Assembly (NCBI RefSeq): GCF_018350175.1
Contig: NC_058369.1
Coordinates: forward strand, 23,810,001-23,874,000
Reading direction: 5' to 3'
Source: Felis catus
Lineage: Eukaryota
DNA: 64,000 bases
In this document: piece after piece, positions 1-12,173 of the stretch
Layout: each line of letters opens with the position of its first letter
How positions within the stretch are numbered: position 1 is the stretch's first letter
Program-made: the position numbers and the translations under genes
Notes under the pieces: generated by a model
The model's input: the letters and a program-made list of their open reading frames with translations, nothing else
What the model was told of the DNA's origin: nothing
The model's database searches: none

Positions 1-92
1 GGCTTATCTAAGGAAGACTGTCTTTTATAAAGTGTTTAAAATACATCTGAGAGTGTCTGCATACAAAATTTGCCTGATTCTTTGTATACTGA

Positions 93-248
93 GATAGAAT
101 GCAGTATCCCAGGGTTCAGAGGACCTGGGCTGTGCCGGCTCATCTGCAGTTATGTGGGTAAGCTCCTTCCTTTCCCCGGCCTTATATGTCTCATTTGTAA
201 AATGGGACTAGTAGATTGAAATGCTGAAAACTCCTATGACCCCTTTAA
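93..248 (+). mobile_element. MIR/MIR3 SINE relic
   Basis: MIR core-like 'tctcatttgtaaaatgggacta' followed by a MIR3-like 3' end. Confidence 0.55.
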
Positions 249-1467
249 TTGCTTAAAAGATAATCTAGATGGCCTCTTCGTCACCAAATATTCAAAGACA
301 CTGCTTTATAGGAGCTCATGATATCCTTCAAAGGACTCTTGGGGACAGGGGGCATATTCTGTCCCTTTATCCTGGCTTTCAAGATGCAGGTGCAGAGAAG
401 GTCCGAAGGGATTAGTAGCCAGACTACAGCCAGCCTCTTAGGGACTATGACAGGAGACACAGGCTTGTTTTCAGAACATACCAAATGGATGACACCCTTT
501 CCTGGGATATGAAGTGTCTCAGGCTGTTATGACCGGCCTTTCCTTTTTCCGCTGTTGAAGGCAGAGCCTTGGAATCAGTATCAATGACAAAACAAAGCCA
601 CCTGCAAATTGCATGGTTGTGATTTTTCTCTGCATTTTCCCAGGGGCTGGGTTTCCACGCATGTGCCCCATGCTACAGGCTACCCTAGTCTTAAACCAAG
701 AGTTAGGGCTGAGACCTGGGGCCTGGCCAGCCTCATCTCTGAGCACCTGGGTTCTCAAGGCAGGCAAACTTCTCTCCGCCCAGGCCTCTAGAGAGGCCAC
801 AGCTGCTTTGTCTGTTTTAAGCCTTCAGCTCACACCCGCCCCTAGAAAGGAAGGAAGGGAGCCTTGGGCTACATGGAGGTAAAGCCTAAAGCCAGCCCAG
901 AGCCCTGGGTCCCAGACAGAAACTTCACCGGTGATTCTGAGGATTCCATTCCCCACAACCACATCTAGCCACTGTAGGGAAGTCAGCACCGGGCACTGTG
1001 GAAAAAAAAAAATCAAAATGCAGGCACAAATAACAGGAATAATCCTAATAATCTGAGACCTGCCGCCCTTGCTAACAGGATCATAAAGGGCATTTGTTTC
1101 TAATTAAACACCAAAACCCTAAACCTTTCAACTCTGCATCCACAACTACTGTAAATGTTTATGAAAAACGGGAAATTCTCGTTTAATTCAAACCATGCCA
1201 GAAATGCGTTTTCGTTGTCTCAACTGGTGAAGAAATCCTATCGGCCCCAGCTTGAGCACATCTGAGCTTTAAATTAAGAAAGGCAACAGTCCTAGGAGCA
1301 CAGCTAAATCCTGGGGAGGACTTGTGTGAAGCAGCAGCATCTCTTCATCACAGCCAGATTTCAGAGAGCAAAAGCCAAAGTGTCTTCCAGAAAGAGAAAC
1401 GGGTACCAGAGGTGCTAACATTTTGCAGGGTAGGGTCATAGACACAGATTGGGCAGCCCAGAAAAAA

Positions 1468-1600
1468 ATGGTTATAAGCAGAAGTTCTAAAACCAGACAA
1501 CCTAAGTCAACTTCTTACCACCTGGGTGCCCCTGGGCAAAGCTCTTCACAGGTCACTGTGATAATTAAATGAGATGAAGCTCTAGGCAGGGCAGCTAGCA
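1468..1600 (+). mobile_element. MIR relic with internal deletion
   Basis: 'ccctgggcaaag' and 'taattaaatgagatgaa' match MIR segments. Confidence 0.45.
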
Positions 1601-1731
1601 AATCTGGCATGGTCCCTGCCCTCGGGAGGCTGATGGACCAGGCAGAGAAGAGGCATGAATCAGGAACTCATGCCCAGCTCTGGGGTATATCTCCGGGCAG
1701 TGCTCTGTACCCTTGTCAGTAAACACCTTTA

Positions 1732-1950
1732 TTTATTTTTATTTATTTATTTTTTAAAAATTTTTTGAGACAAGGAGAGACAGAGCATGAACAGGGGAGG
1801 GTCAGAGAGAGGGAGACACAGAATCTGAAACAGGCTCCAGGCTCTGAGCTGTCAGCACAGAGCCCGACGCAGGGCTCAAACTCACGGACCGCGAGATCAT
1901 GACCTGAGCCGAAGTCGGCTGCCCAACCGACTGAGCCACCCAGGCGCCCC
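1732..1950 (-). mobile_element. Feline CanSINE (SINEC_Fc)
   Basis: Reverse complement of GGGGCGCCTGGGTGGCTCAGTCGGTT head, (CT)n region and A-tail; perfect 14-bp TSD agtaaacaccttta at 1718-1731 and 1951-1964. Confidence 0.97.
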
Positions 1951-2529
1951 AGTAAACACCTTTAGAGTTGCTGAAATCATACCCCTTACTGAGGAAGTGT
2001 GTCAGAGAGGAAAGGTTTTAGCAAGAGAGAGCAGCCCTTGCAACAATCCCAACGTGACTGTGCCCCAGGACCCGTGGAGCCTCTCAAATGCCTCTCCCCC
2101 AGATCCCATGCTGGAGATCACGGCACCCACACGGATAACCCTGAGGGGCTGAAGAAATTCTCAGAACAGGAGGAATCTCTGCCTTCTTAATCAGAGGATG
2201 AATGTCCTCCCTTGGAGACAAACATTTCATTTTGGCTGAGTGAGAGCAGGAAAGAAGCCTCAGGGACCCGCTTAACTGCATTTCCTAACGCTTCATCCAG
2301 CCTTAAAAATTGGGGGATTTCCTTTGCAGGTCTTTGGGGAGAAGGGTTAGGTCCTAAAATCTGGGGCTGAATCATCCTTTCTCTCACTGTGGATATTCTC
2401 ACTCTGACAATGTCAGCAGTGGCCTTTCAAAAGCAGGGAGGTCCACCCCCACCCCACATTACTGCCCTTTAGGCAGAATACAGGGGGCATGGGGTGTTGC
2501 TCCATAGCATCCAGCTACCCTACCTCCAG

Positions 2530-2950
2530 GAACGTGGCCCAAATTCCCACCTCCTCCACTACTGTCCACGGGGTCCACCCAAGGCTCCACCATAGACCAT
2601 GTGACTCAACTTGGACAGTCACACCATCATTCCCTGGCCCACATGGTATCAGTCAGATCCAGTGAGTTTTGCTGAATTGTTGGAAGAAAGGCACCTTCTC
2701 TTTGCCAATGGACCAGAACCTGGAAGAAGCCCTCATGTTATCAAGTGGAGCCTGAGGCAGTAACCAATCCCCAGAAAAGTACAGGGACTGGGTAGAGAGA
2801 AATCAGGTCTTGACCATATGTATCATTTGTTGAGCCCCTGGGTCCCACCATGCTTGAAGGTGGCATCTCAACCTTCCAATTCCACAAGCCAATACATTCT
2901 CTCATTTGCTTTTTGAGCTGGTTTGTCTTTCACTCACAACAGAGTGCTGG
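2530..2950 (+). mobile_element. MaLR solo LTR (MLT1J/K/L-like)
   Basis: 'catgtgactcaacttgg', 'gagagaaatcaggtcttga', 'agccaatacattctct' typical of old MLT1 LTRs. Confidence 0.7.
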
Positions 2951-3009
2951 AAACGAGAAGAGCTGAATATTTGACAGAGAGGATGGCAAAGCCTCTCAGC
3001 AGCATCCAG

Positions 3010-3400
3010 CAAGGACTTCCTGACAGCCCACAGTGTGCCCAGCTCTGTGCTGGGGACGCGACAGGATATGAGAACCACAACACACACAGAGGTCTGGGAC
3101 AGACAGTCCTTTAGGAGAGATGACACACGCACTTGAGAGATGGTAAGAGTAAAAAGAAAAAAAAGTGGCAAATGCTGCAAAAGGGGACACAAAATTCTGC
3201 TGACACACGAGGAGTGACAGCCTTCTTCAGGCCAAGGGCCAGGGGAAGGTCTGTGGAGGTAGCATTTTAGCACCATTCTGAAGAGAGTTGTGCTGACAAG
3301 CAGAGTTTGGGGAGGAATGTGGCAGATGGTGCCCCTGGTAGAGGGGACAGTGTGGGCCAAGTTGTGGGACACATATTTTAGAATGAAGGACAGGGACCAG
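3010..3400 (-). mobile_element. L2 LINE fragment
   Basis: 'tgtgcccagctctgtgctgggga', 'gggaaggtctgtggaggtagcattt', 'ggtagaggggacagtgtgggccaag' resemble the L2 3' region in antisense. Confidence 0.55.
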
Positions 3401-3829
3401 GGAAAACACTAGGCAGATGGCAGGAAATTCTGTGGGGGTGTGGCCAGGACCTCCCCTCTTCTCAGTGCCCCTCTGGTGTCTTTGCACCACTCTGCATGAA
3501 GCTCTGTCATCTCAGGCTGCTGGCAGCCAGTCTGTGTACCAGATCTCAGCCTGCAAGGAACCTAGCTTTGGCTTATTCGGGCCACCTCTGGAGGGAACCC
3601 TTTATGTATTGAGTAGTTGCCATGTGAGCTCTGCAATCTCTGAGAGCTAGCCAGTCCACTGTGCACTCCCCAAAGGCTGCTTCCAGCATCAAGCCATGCA
3701 ACGTGGGCACGAAACCCACTTGGAAGGAGCCTGGGAGGCACACCCTGGTCAGTGCCTTGCCTGGTCTGGCCATTGCCAACCTCTTCTCATGCCACCATGC
3801 CTTTTGCTTTCTGCATTCCCCAGGGCCTC

Positions 3830-4395
3830 GGCCACAGAGCCTTTGCATGTGCTATGCCCTCTGCCCGGAACACCATCCCTCTACCTAATCAACTCCATTA
3901 TCCTTTAGATCATGACACAATGGCCACTTCATCATAAAAACACTCCTGGATGTCCAGGGCTCTACTCCTCCTCGTGTAGTAATGGATTAGGGGCCAGCAT
4001 TCCTGAGTCAAAATGTATGGGTTTGAATTTGGCTTCAGTGCTTCCTAAGTGTGTGACATTTTCATGTGTCTGTTTTCTCATCTGTAATATTGACATAATA
4101 AGAGAGAGGCTCAATAATGGCAAGAATGTTAGCCATAAAAACACCAAGCACACATAAGTCATTGTCCTATGACTTAAGAGTATCACATCCTTCTGCTTCT
4201 CTGCCTTTTCTCAGATGTAATTTAATATATTCATATGATCCTTTGATTGGCATCTGTGTTTGCCAATTGACCGAAAACCCCATGAGGCATGGGTGATGTC
4301 TAGTTTTGCCCATTGTTATATCTCTAGCACTTAGCACATTGCCTGGCACATAGTAAGTACTTCATAAATATTTTGGGAATGCGGGCGTGAATAAA
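3830..4395 (+). mobile_element. L2 3' end interrupted by a MIR (~3974-4185)
   Basis: L2 tail 'ttagcacattgcctggcacatagtaagtacttcataaatatt'; MIR core 'tgtgacatttt...ttttctcatctgtaata'. Confidence 0.7.
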
Positions 4396-4959
4396 AGAAG
4401 ATAGGCAGGAAAAAGTTAGACCCAAATATTCTCATCATTTGCAGACTCTGATCTCAAGATGTCCATCCAAGTAACTCAGGAGCAAGATCTTGAAGTTGCA
4501 AACATCTGTGGTTTCAAAGATGAAGAAAACAGATTCCAGAAGATGCTCCAGCCACTGAATTCCCGTTAGCAATTCATTTCCTCCTTAAAGAAGGATACAA
4601 AGCTCAGAGTAAACGTGGCCAGCCAACCAGATGCAACATTCTGTAGTCAGCAAAAGTCTGTCTGATGTGCATCAAATGACTATAATTCCTCTTCTAGCAT
4701 CCCTAACAGTTCCAGGGAAGTTTCCGCATTTGTGACCTTTGGCCCGGATTTTAAATAATATTATGCTTTGCTCTGAAATGCTATTGTCTGAGAGTTTACA
4801 TATTTGGGGTATGTTTTTAATATGTGTCTCATACCATATAATGGGCCAAATTCTCCTCTGAGATCCATGCTATATCTCCAAAGTATGGAATACGTTATAG
4901 ATTGAGGGGTAAACAGCAGTTTCCATGCCAAACTTTTGATCCCTCATTTTCCTGTGGTC

Positions 4960-5290
4960 CTCCAGAAAGGACGGCGTGGATGCGAATGACCGAAAGAAAG
5001 TGGGCTTGGGGTTTGCAGTGGGGACATTAGCAGTTCCCGCTGCAAAATTCCTCCAATTAGTCCTACAGAAAGGTTGAGAGAGGCAGATGTGAGGGCTGAG
5101 CACGGATGGGGAATGGAGGGAGGACTGCCAGCCACCAGAGCCGCACCTCTGGATTGAGCAAGGCCTGCAGCTCTATCTGGGCGTGGGTCTCCCTCCTGAT
5201 GCCCCCCTCCCCTCATCCCACTCGCCTGAGCCAGCCTGGCGGCATTCACGTGACATGTTTCCCAATTGGTCTGAACCACAGAGATGTTTT
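4960..5290. promoter_or_regulatory. Candidate promoter/enhancer (GC box, E-box, CCAAT)
   Basis: GGGCGTGG 5179-5186, TCACGTGAC 5246-5254, CCAATTGG 5262-5269; locally raised CpG; no repeat recognised. Confidence 0.35.
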
Positions 5291-6289
5291 CCTTCCTGGA
5301 TTGTTCAGCCTTCTGAAAGTTTTTCTGCATTCCCCTTCTCCAACTCGGAGGTTCTGATTCCACGAAGCATCTTATGGGGTGTAGTTCTGAGCCACAACCC
5401 TCCCCTCAAAATGGCTTCTTACAAAGAAGAAAGTGCTAGAGGAATAAGAGATGCACGCATGACGCCCAAAACCCTCACCCCTCACTCATACTGGGACTGA
5501 AGCCACACTGATAAAATCTGCCCCCCTGCCCCCACCATATCCTAGAAATCTGAACTCCCACCCTTCTGGGGTCTTACCTCATTATCTCATTTTAGGTCTC
5601 AATATCTACCTGTTTAGCAACTAAGTTGCTGGAAATCAATGCTAGAAATCAAACTCGCCTCCTCTGATAACACCTGTGTCCTTGAGAGACCCAGCCTGTG
5701 AAATGAGGCTCAGTAGAACCCTCTGATGGATGGGGCCTGGGCACTGTGGTGGGCTAGGTTTTCAGGGTACAACCTAGATCCCCGTGAAACTTCACCCAAA
5801 GGGGCCTCAGAGGACAACACCCTCAGTCTATCCATCAATGTCCTCCTTGCCCTTGGCCTCTCTCCATTGGAGATGGTGAACAAAGAGAGAACAAGAGAGA
5901 TTAATTTCTTTTTAATCCTTCCCTTTGAGCAGGGGCCTGACCCCGGGCTTTGGCCTGTTTCAGCTCCATCCCAGGCAAGGCCATATTTCACACCAAATCA
6001 TTAGTTTCTAGCGGAACAAGGCACCACCCATGGGGGTATGGATGGCTTCCTATCTTGCAGGAGCCCACAGAGGCTGCTCAGACATGATCTCATCCATCCC
6101 CACCCTCCGGAGCAAGGTGGGGGCAAGGAGCATTATCTTGGCTGTGCTGCTGAAGGAACTTCAGCCCAGAGTTGAGGCGCCTCTCTCCAGTCGTTCAGTC
6201 CCAGGGATGCCAAACCAGCCCTCCTTAGCTCCAGCCAAACCCTCAGGAGCCCAGCTCTTCCTGGGCAGCCTGAGGACAGCACGGTGGTG

Positions 6290-6409
6290 AGAGACTCTGT
6301 ACCACAGAGCAAGTATAGGTAACTGAATGGGTCTGACTGTGTTCCAATAAAACTTGATTTCCCGAAGCAAGCAGTGTTTGGTCTACAGGGCACAGTTTGT
6401 CAACCTCTG
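6290..6409 (+). mobile_element. MER58A hAT MITE, 3' half
   Basis: 'ctgtgttccaataaaactt' and terminal 'cacagtttgtcaacctctg'. Confidence 0.8.
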
Positions 6410-6472
6410 TCTTAGTATAAGGCCAGACAAAATTTCCTGCTCAACACGTGATCTTAGAATGTCAGATTGGAG

Positions 6473-6674
6473 CAGGGTTTGTCAACCTCAGAACTACTGA
6501 CACTTTGGGCTTCATAAATATTCTGGGGGGTGCTGTCCTGTGCACTGTGCAGCAGCATCCCTGGCCTCCAGCCATTAGATGCGAGTTGCACATCCCCTGA
6601 AGTCATGACCATCAAAACTGTCTCAAGGCATTGCCAAATATCCTCTGAGCAGGAAAGTACGGGTTGGAGACACC
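6473..6674 (-). mobile_element. MER20 hAT MITE
   Basis: 'cagggtttgtcaacctcag...agcatccctggcctccagccattagatgc...cattgccaaatatcc' is antisense MER20. Confidence 0.88.
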
Positions 6675-6829
6675 TTAAAGAGACCGTGACATTTGTGTCC
6701 CTTGGACTGTTGTCCTTGCCCAGGAGTACCAGCCTCAGTTTGCATGCCTGCAGGCAGAGGGATACCTGACGTTCTCACTTGGAACAACCGCTCTACCTGG
6801 ATTCAGATCACAGGAAGGGGCACCACGGC

Positions 6830-7030
6830 TCCTGCTTACTGAGCACCTCCTAAGAGCCGCACTCTCGGCTGCGGGCTTTGCATGCATCACTGCAGCAACA
6901 CTGTGAAGTGGGTACTGCTTTGCCCCCACATTAGAGCAAAGCTAGGTGGGCCCTAGATCACACAGCCAACAAGTTCAGAGGCCAGGACTCAAATCTACAG
7001 CCCATCTGCCCTTGCCCTTAGCCCCTGAAT
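6830..7030 (-). mobile_element. MIR relic
   Basis: 'ttactgagcacctcc', 'gatcacacagccaac', 'ccaggactcaaatct'. Confidence 0.5.
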
Positions 7031-7038
7031 CACTCTGA

Positions 7039-7052
7039 TGCTGACGTCAGCT
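7039..7052. promoter_or_regulatory. CRE / C-MARE-like bZIP site
   Basis: TGCTGACGTCAGCT: full CRE TGACGTCA inside a 12-bp palindrome; 13/14 match to TGCTGACGTCAGCA. Confidence 0.4.
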
Positions 7053-7668
7053 CTGACTTTCGGACACTGGTTGGAGGAGGGCCGGTCCTTTGCACCTCAA
7101 GTCTGGCCTGTCTGCCCACAATGGAGACTTGCCTCCCCTGTGTCTGCGCAGGGCAGTGTACAGACAAGACCTAGGCTCCTCCAGGTCCACATTTAGCTGG
7201 CTGACTCAGACCCAGTGCCCCACCCTCCTGCAGCCTCATGTTCCTCGTCAGTGAAGTGGGGACGACAATAGTACTGCCATCGAAAGGCCCCTGAAAGGCG
7301 GGAAAGATAACACAGAGTAAAGGCTCCGCAAACTGTGAAGTTCTAAAGAAACGCCGGTGTCGTTACTGTGACTGGGGCCAATGGTTCCTTTCCGTAGGGT
7401 GGCCACTACTTCCGGACTGTCTCTCTCTCGCTTCCTTCTAAGTCTGCAGGTTTCATTTTGGGCTCTGGGACACAAGCCCTTCTCTGAGGTTCTCTCAGTA
7501 CCCTTCAGAGCATAGCAATTAGCCAGATCCCAGATCCCCTTACCCCACTCTCTTCACCCAGAGCACCACCTCTGCTTTTATCTTTTGTAAATACTGAACC
7601 TCAACTTGAGATTCCTTCTGTAAAATGGGCTCAGCTGCTAAACAGAGCTAACCCCCATCACTTGAGGG

Positions 7669-7838
7669 CTGTGTTCTCTAAGCGTGGTCCTGGAACCAGC
7701 ACATCAGCAGCAAGCTTCACCTGGTAGATCACCAGATATGCGGATTGTCAGGTCTTATCCCAGACCTACTGTCTCAGAATCGGCATTTTCACCAGGCCCC
7801 CCAGAGGAACACATGCCAGGTAAGTCTGAGCAGCCCTG
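7669..7838 (+). mobile_element. MER5A1 hAT MITE
   Basis: 'gtggtcctggaaccagc...cccagacctactgtctcagaatcggcatttt...agtctgagcagccctg'. Confidence 0.85.
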
Positions 7839-7986
7839 CTTTATGTTCACATTATTGTACCTCCTTGGGAGCCCTTGCACTGGAAAAGCGGCACAGCCTT
7901 TACTAAGTCTATCCAAAGTTGCAGTTGGGAAGTCCTTTGGGAATGCAGAGATGTCTGCAAACTGCAACAGGGGGTTGAGTCGACAG

Positions 7987-8465
7987 TGTATTACTATATG
8001 GAGTGAAGATGGCCTTCAGAAGCGAGTCCAGTTTTCCACCCCTTGCATCTGCTCTGACCAGTGGGGGGCATGGTGGAAGTGGTGGTATGGCCCAGCCTCT
8101 GCAAAGACTAGCAGCTTCTGACTTGGTCTCCTGGAGCCCTAAACCACCACGTAAGGAACCGGTCTACCCAGAGGGGGACCACACAGGAAAGGCTCTGAGA
8201 GTATGTGCAGAAGAGAGGCCCAGCCAAGCCCAACCTACAGCCCCATCCACCAAAGCATGTGACTGAGGCCTTCTTGGACTTCTTAGGCCAGCCTGGCCCC
8301 GCCCAGCCCAGCCACCAGCTGAATATTATCAGGTCAGAGGGACCAAACTGCCTAGCTTATTTCTGATAGAATTCCTGACCTACAGAATTGTGAGATATAA
8401 GAAAATGATTGTTTAGCCACTAGGTTTCGGTGTAGCCGGCCATACAACAAGCAACAACTGGAGTA
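7987..8465 (+). mobile_element. MaLR solo LTR (MLT1H-like)
   Basis: 'gaattcctgacctacagaattgtgagatataa...ttgtttagccactaggtttcgg' MLT1 3' signature. Confidence 0.8.
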
Positions 8466-8841
8466 ACTGCACAGGAAAACGAGGAAAATCTATCATTTTG
8501 GTCAAAAGTCTTACCAACACAGGTTAGAAATATGATCAAAAGGGAGTCAAATGATCAGAAACCCACTGTTGTGGCAGAATATTTAGGTCACTGTCTTGGC
8601 AGACTGTCAGCCCATTAGCCCCTCACCTCCCTCTTCTAAGTGCACCGAATCTTATCTCCCAGCAAGGCTCATGTGCCAAGGGAGGGAGGGTGATCCATGC
8701 AGACCTGACAGATTGGCTCATCCACATATCAGTGGCTACAGGCAAATGTGGTTTCATCAGAAGGTTTAGATGATGTCAGCACGCTCCCAGTAGAAAGTTC
8801 TCCAAGCTATTGCTTCTTCACTTAAAAAAAAAATGAGAGAT

Positions 8842-9027
8842 GGGACGCCTGGATGGCTCAGTCAGTTAAGCGTCTGACTCTTGATTTTGGCTCAGGTCAT
8901 GAACTCACGGTTCATGAGATTGAGCCCTGCATTGGGGCTCCACACTGACAGCATGGAGCCTGCTTGAGATTCTCTCCTCCCCCCTCTCTGAAAAATAAAT
9001 AAATACACTTAAAAATAAATTAAAAAA
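8842..9027 (+). mobile_element. CanSINE (SINEC_Fc2-like, short CT region)
   Basis: GGGACGCCTGGATGGCTCAGTCAGTTAAG head, 'ttgattttggctcaggtcatga', A-tail. Confidence 0.95.
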
Positions 9028-9519
9028 TTAGAGAAGAACACCTTTGGGCTAGAAATTAGACACCCTGGGATTTGGAACCATCTCTGTTACGTTGAACCAT
9101 CTCTGAAAGGTGGTGACAAGCTTTGCAGCCTTAGGTAAAATCCTCTGCATTCTTAGTTTTTAATTTTTCCATATGCCCATTAGGGTTCTGTACAAAGTTT
9201 TCACATATGGTGTCTTAGAAGTTCATGGAAGATCCTCAGTGACTCAGTGTATCTATGAGGTTAGAAGGTAAGAGGGAGAACTCAGCAACCTGAGCTCTGG
9301 GTCCTCCAGCTGAACCTCAACCAAAGGAATTTACTGACATTTAGCAGAATTCTTAATTTCAAAATGAAAGCTAAAAACACTCCTGAATGCCACTAGGTGT
9401 TTGTAAGAGACCTTCTAGAATGCATATTTCTGAATTCTCTTCTCCTAATCTTGAGGGTGAGTGGGTATGGCAGTCTGTGCATCCATTTCCCCCACTGCTA
9501 TTTCAGAAAGGTAGGCATG

Positions 9520-10070
9520 GTGGGTCACTCTTCTTTTTTCCTGCAGGGTATCACCCCCTTTTTTAATAATAGCACCTCAAATTTCCTTTGAGAAATTACC
9601 CCTCCTCCACTCTCAGTCTATGCCCCATGAAAGTGGGAGCACATGACCAGACATGCTCAGTTAAGATGCAGGGTCCTCTTGGCCATGAAATATTGTTCAG
9701 TAACGTGATGGGCACAGGTCCCAAACCAGCCCAATGAGAGTCCATTGTGGACTTCCACTGAAACTATCAGAAAAGGGGCCATCTCTTCATGGAGTTGTAG
9801 AATGACAAGTGGGAGTTGACAGCAGCTATCTTGCCACCTTACTGTGAAAGCCAACCTAAGAATGAATCTAAGCCAGAGGAGAGCAGAGCCAAGAGAAGGA
9901 GAGAGACAGTACCTTGATGCTATCATATGAGCTTCTGGATCCAGCTGTACCTGAAGTCAATAGGCCCTTGGACCTTCTAGTTATTTAAGCTCCTTCCCTC
10001 CTTCGTTTTTAATTAAGCCAATTTGAGTTGGATATTTGTCTCTGAAACAAAGAGCTTCAGCTGACAGAAC
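9520..10070 (+). mobile_element. MaLR solo LTR (MLT1J/K-like)
   Basis: 'ggcacaggtcccaaaccagcccaatgaga', 'ctggatccagctgtacctgaagtc', 'taagccaatttgagttggat'. Confidence 0.8.
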
Positions 10071-11087
10071 AAGTGTAAATATAGCTTAATTGAATCTGGA
10101 GATGTAACATGAGAAAAATCTAAGTGTTTTGCATACCCAGACTGCAGAGAAAGTAACCTCCCAGTTTACTGGCCTGAGAGCTTGGTGAACACCAAAGAAC
10201 ACCAAGCTTGCCCAGTGCAGTCACCCTCCCCTCCCTTTTTGTATTTCTTTCCAGCTGTACCTTCTTTTACGGAGCTTATCTTTCTCCAGCCAAGACATCC
10301 AAAATGACATGCTATTGGAAGACATTCCTGTCTATGCTAATACCTGTGTTTAAATTTTTTTGTTGTGGTTTAAAAAAAAAATGATCATGATGTGATAGCA
10401 AATGAATGTTGGCAAATTACCAACTGACAGGCGTAAAATTTTATGAACATGCACATTCCAAAGGAATGTGGAAATAAGCCATCCACTGTAGTCCAGTTTG
10501 GCAGAAATATTACAAAAATAGAAGTTTGGCATATATTGTAATTCATTTAAAGATGCTTAAAAACCCATCCATCAACCTTGCACGGAAGGTCAAAGCAACA
10601 CATGAATCCCAAATAAACAATAACTGATGTACAAGGAAAAGACCTGAATATCTGCCCCAAATACCAGAGAGAATGCACACATGTGGAAAAGATGGTGGTG
10701 AGGTTTGAAAGACTGATCTTCTAAAACCTTCATCAATGTTTAAAAAAATAATAATCGCTTCTTGCAATAAGTAAGGTGTGCTGTTTCCCATGAATGGCTG
10801 TCTCAATTTTGCTCCTCAAAGGAGATTTTGCTAATGGACTGATGGCTATGCATCCTTAAGACCTTTCTATTTTTTTACTTCAAGGACCACGTCTAAAAGG
10901 AGAAAAAAGTGCACAATAGATCGCTCGTGCATATCTGGCATCCAGACCCTCTCTACATCATCAGGAACCTGGAGGGGCTGACCTGCTCCTTCCCAATTCT
11001 CAAATGGGCTCCTGACTTGGACCTGAGCAAGCAGATTATCCATGGTCACAGTGATTGGTTCAAGGGTGGCAAGTTCCCCATCTGAGT

Positions 11088-11094
<7 letters not shown>

Positions 11095-11138
<44 letters not shown>
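11095..11138. repeat. (GA)22 microsatellite
   Basis: Direct read. Confidence 0.98.
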
Positions 11139-11140
<2 letters not shown>

Positions 11141-11293
11141 ATTTTCCTCCAGGATCCTGAGGAGAAAGGACTAGGAGATGTAAAGAAATTGCTACTTTTC
11201 CTCCAGTCTTTTGTAGGAGAAGGGAATGAGGCTAACAGGCAGAAAGAAGCAGAGAAGAGAGATAGATGCAACAGGGGTGGGAGAGACAGACAC

Positions 11294-11365
11294 ATAGATA
11301 GGTAGATATGGATGGATAGGTAGGTAGTAGGTAGATAGATAGATATGGATGGATAGATAGATAGG
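11294..11365. repeat. Compound (TAGA/TGGA/TAGG)n tetranucleotide repeat
   Basis: Direct read. Confidence 0.9.
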
Positions 11366-12173
11366 AAGACAGAGGCAGAGAGATCTGAGATCCAGCTGTG
11401 CTTGCAAACTGAACCACCACCCCTGCCTGGGCTTCTCAGCAATCTCGACCAATAAAACTTCTTTTCTGCTTTGGCCAGTTTGACCGGAGCTCTGCCACTT
11501 GGAACTGAACTAATTTTGGCTGATCCAGTTACCCACAATATTTGCAGCACGATCAAGACTATAAGAGAAGTTGGATAAAGGAGAAGGATGACATGGTTAT
11601 TACTTCAAAGAAGCTCACAGTTTAATTGTGTTCAGTTTGGTAAAGGTTCGCTAAAAATCTATTCTGTTCTAAAGCCTATATGAGGGGCTGAGTGACCTAA
11701 GATGATGACTGTGACACAGGCCTCATACTAAAGGATCTCCCTGCTAAGTCAAGCAGTGGCTTTCTTCTTGGTATTTTGGAGATGGGGGATGTGTAGCTAT
11801 TTGGAACCAGGAAGGCATCATTCTGGATTTGATGAAGGTGGGCAAAATCTAGAGGAAGAAGGAAAGCTTGTAGGATATGGACTTGGAGGTCCTTTTCTAG
11901 TGTTTTGGTACAGTGGAAAATTACGAAAGGAAGATGCTTCCCTGATGTCCTCTAAGCCCCCTATTCTAAGGGGCCTATTTTTTTTTTTTCATATTTTAAC
12001 TACTTGTGAAACTGGGGTGTGGCTTATAAACTGCTTAAGAGCTTGAGATTCAGCTTTCCCAATTATCATGTGGTAGTAATATCTAAGTTGAAGATTCCTG
12101 TAACAGAAATATTGCTAGTTGTCTATCATACTTTTTGTTTGCCATTCTTCTTAGTCATAGGATCTCTGACTTT

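Larger units (their letters stand above)
10925..11530 (+). mobile_element. MaLR solo LTR (MLT1K/L-like) with internal microsatellites
   Basis: 'ggtcacagtgattggttcaaggg', 'gatccagctgtgcttg', 'ccaataaaacttctttt...ccagtttga'. Confidence 0.75.

Noticed and set aside
8055..8072. CTCF-like TGACCAGTGGGGGGCA in an MLT1 LTR
   Set aside because: Mismatch at the nearly invariant central A
9075..9105. Short local duplications (gaaccatctctg x2; similar at ~5628-5651 and ~34235-34260)
   Set aside because: Two-copy micro-duplications are common; no array or spacer structure
10867..11556. 229-aa minus-strand ORF and overlapping ORFs
   Set aside because: Held open by (GA)n and (TAGA)n inside an MLT1 LTR
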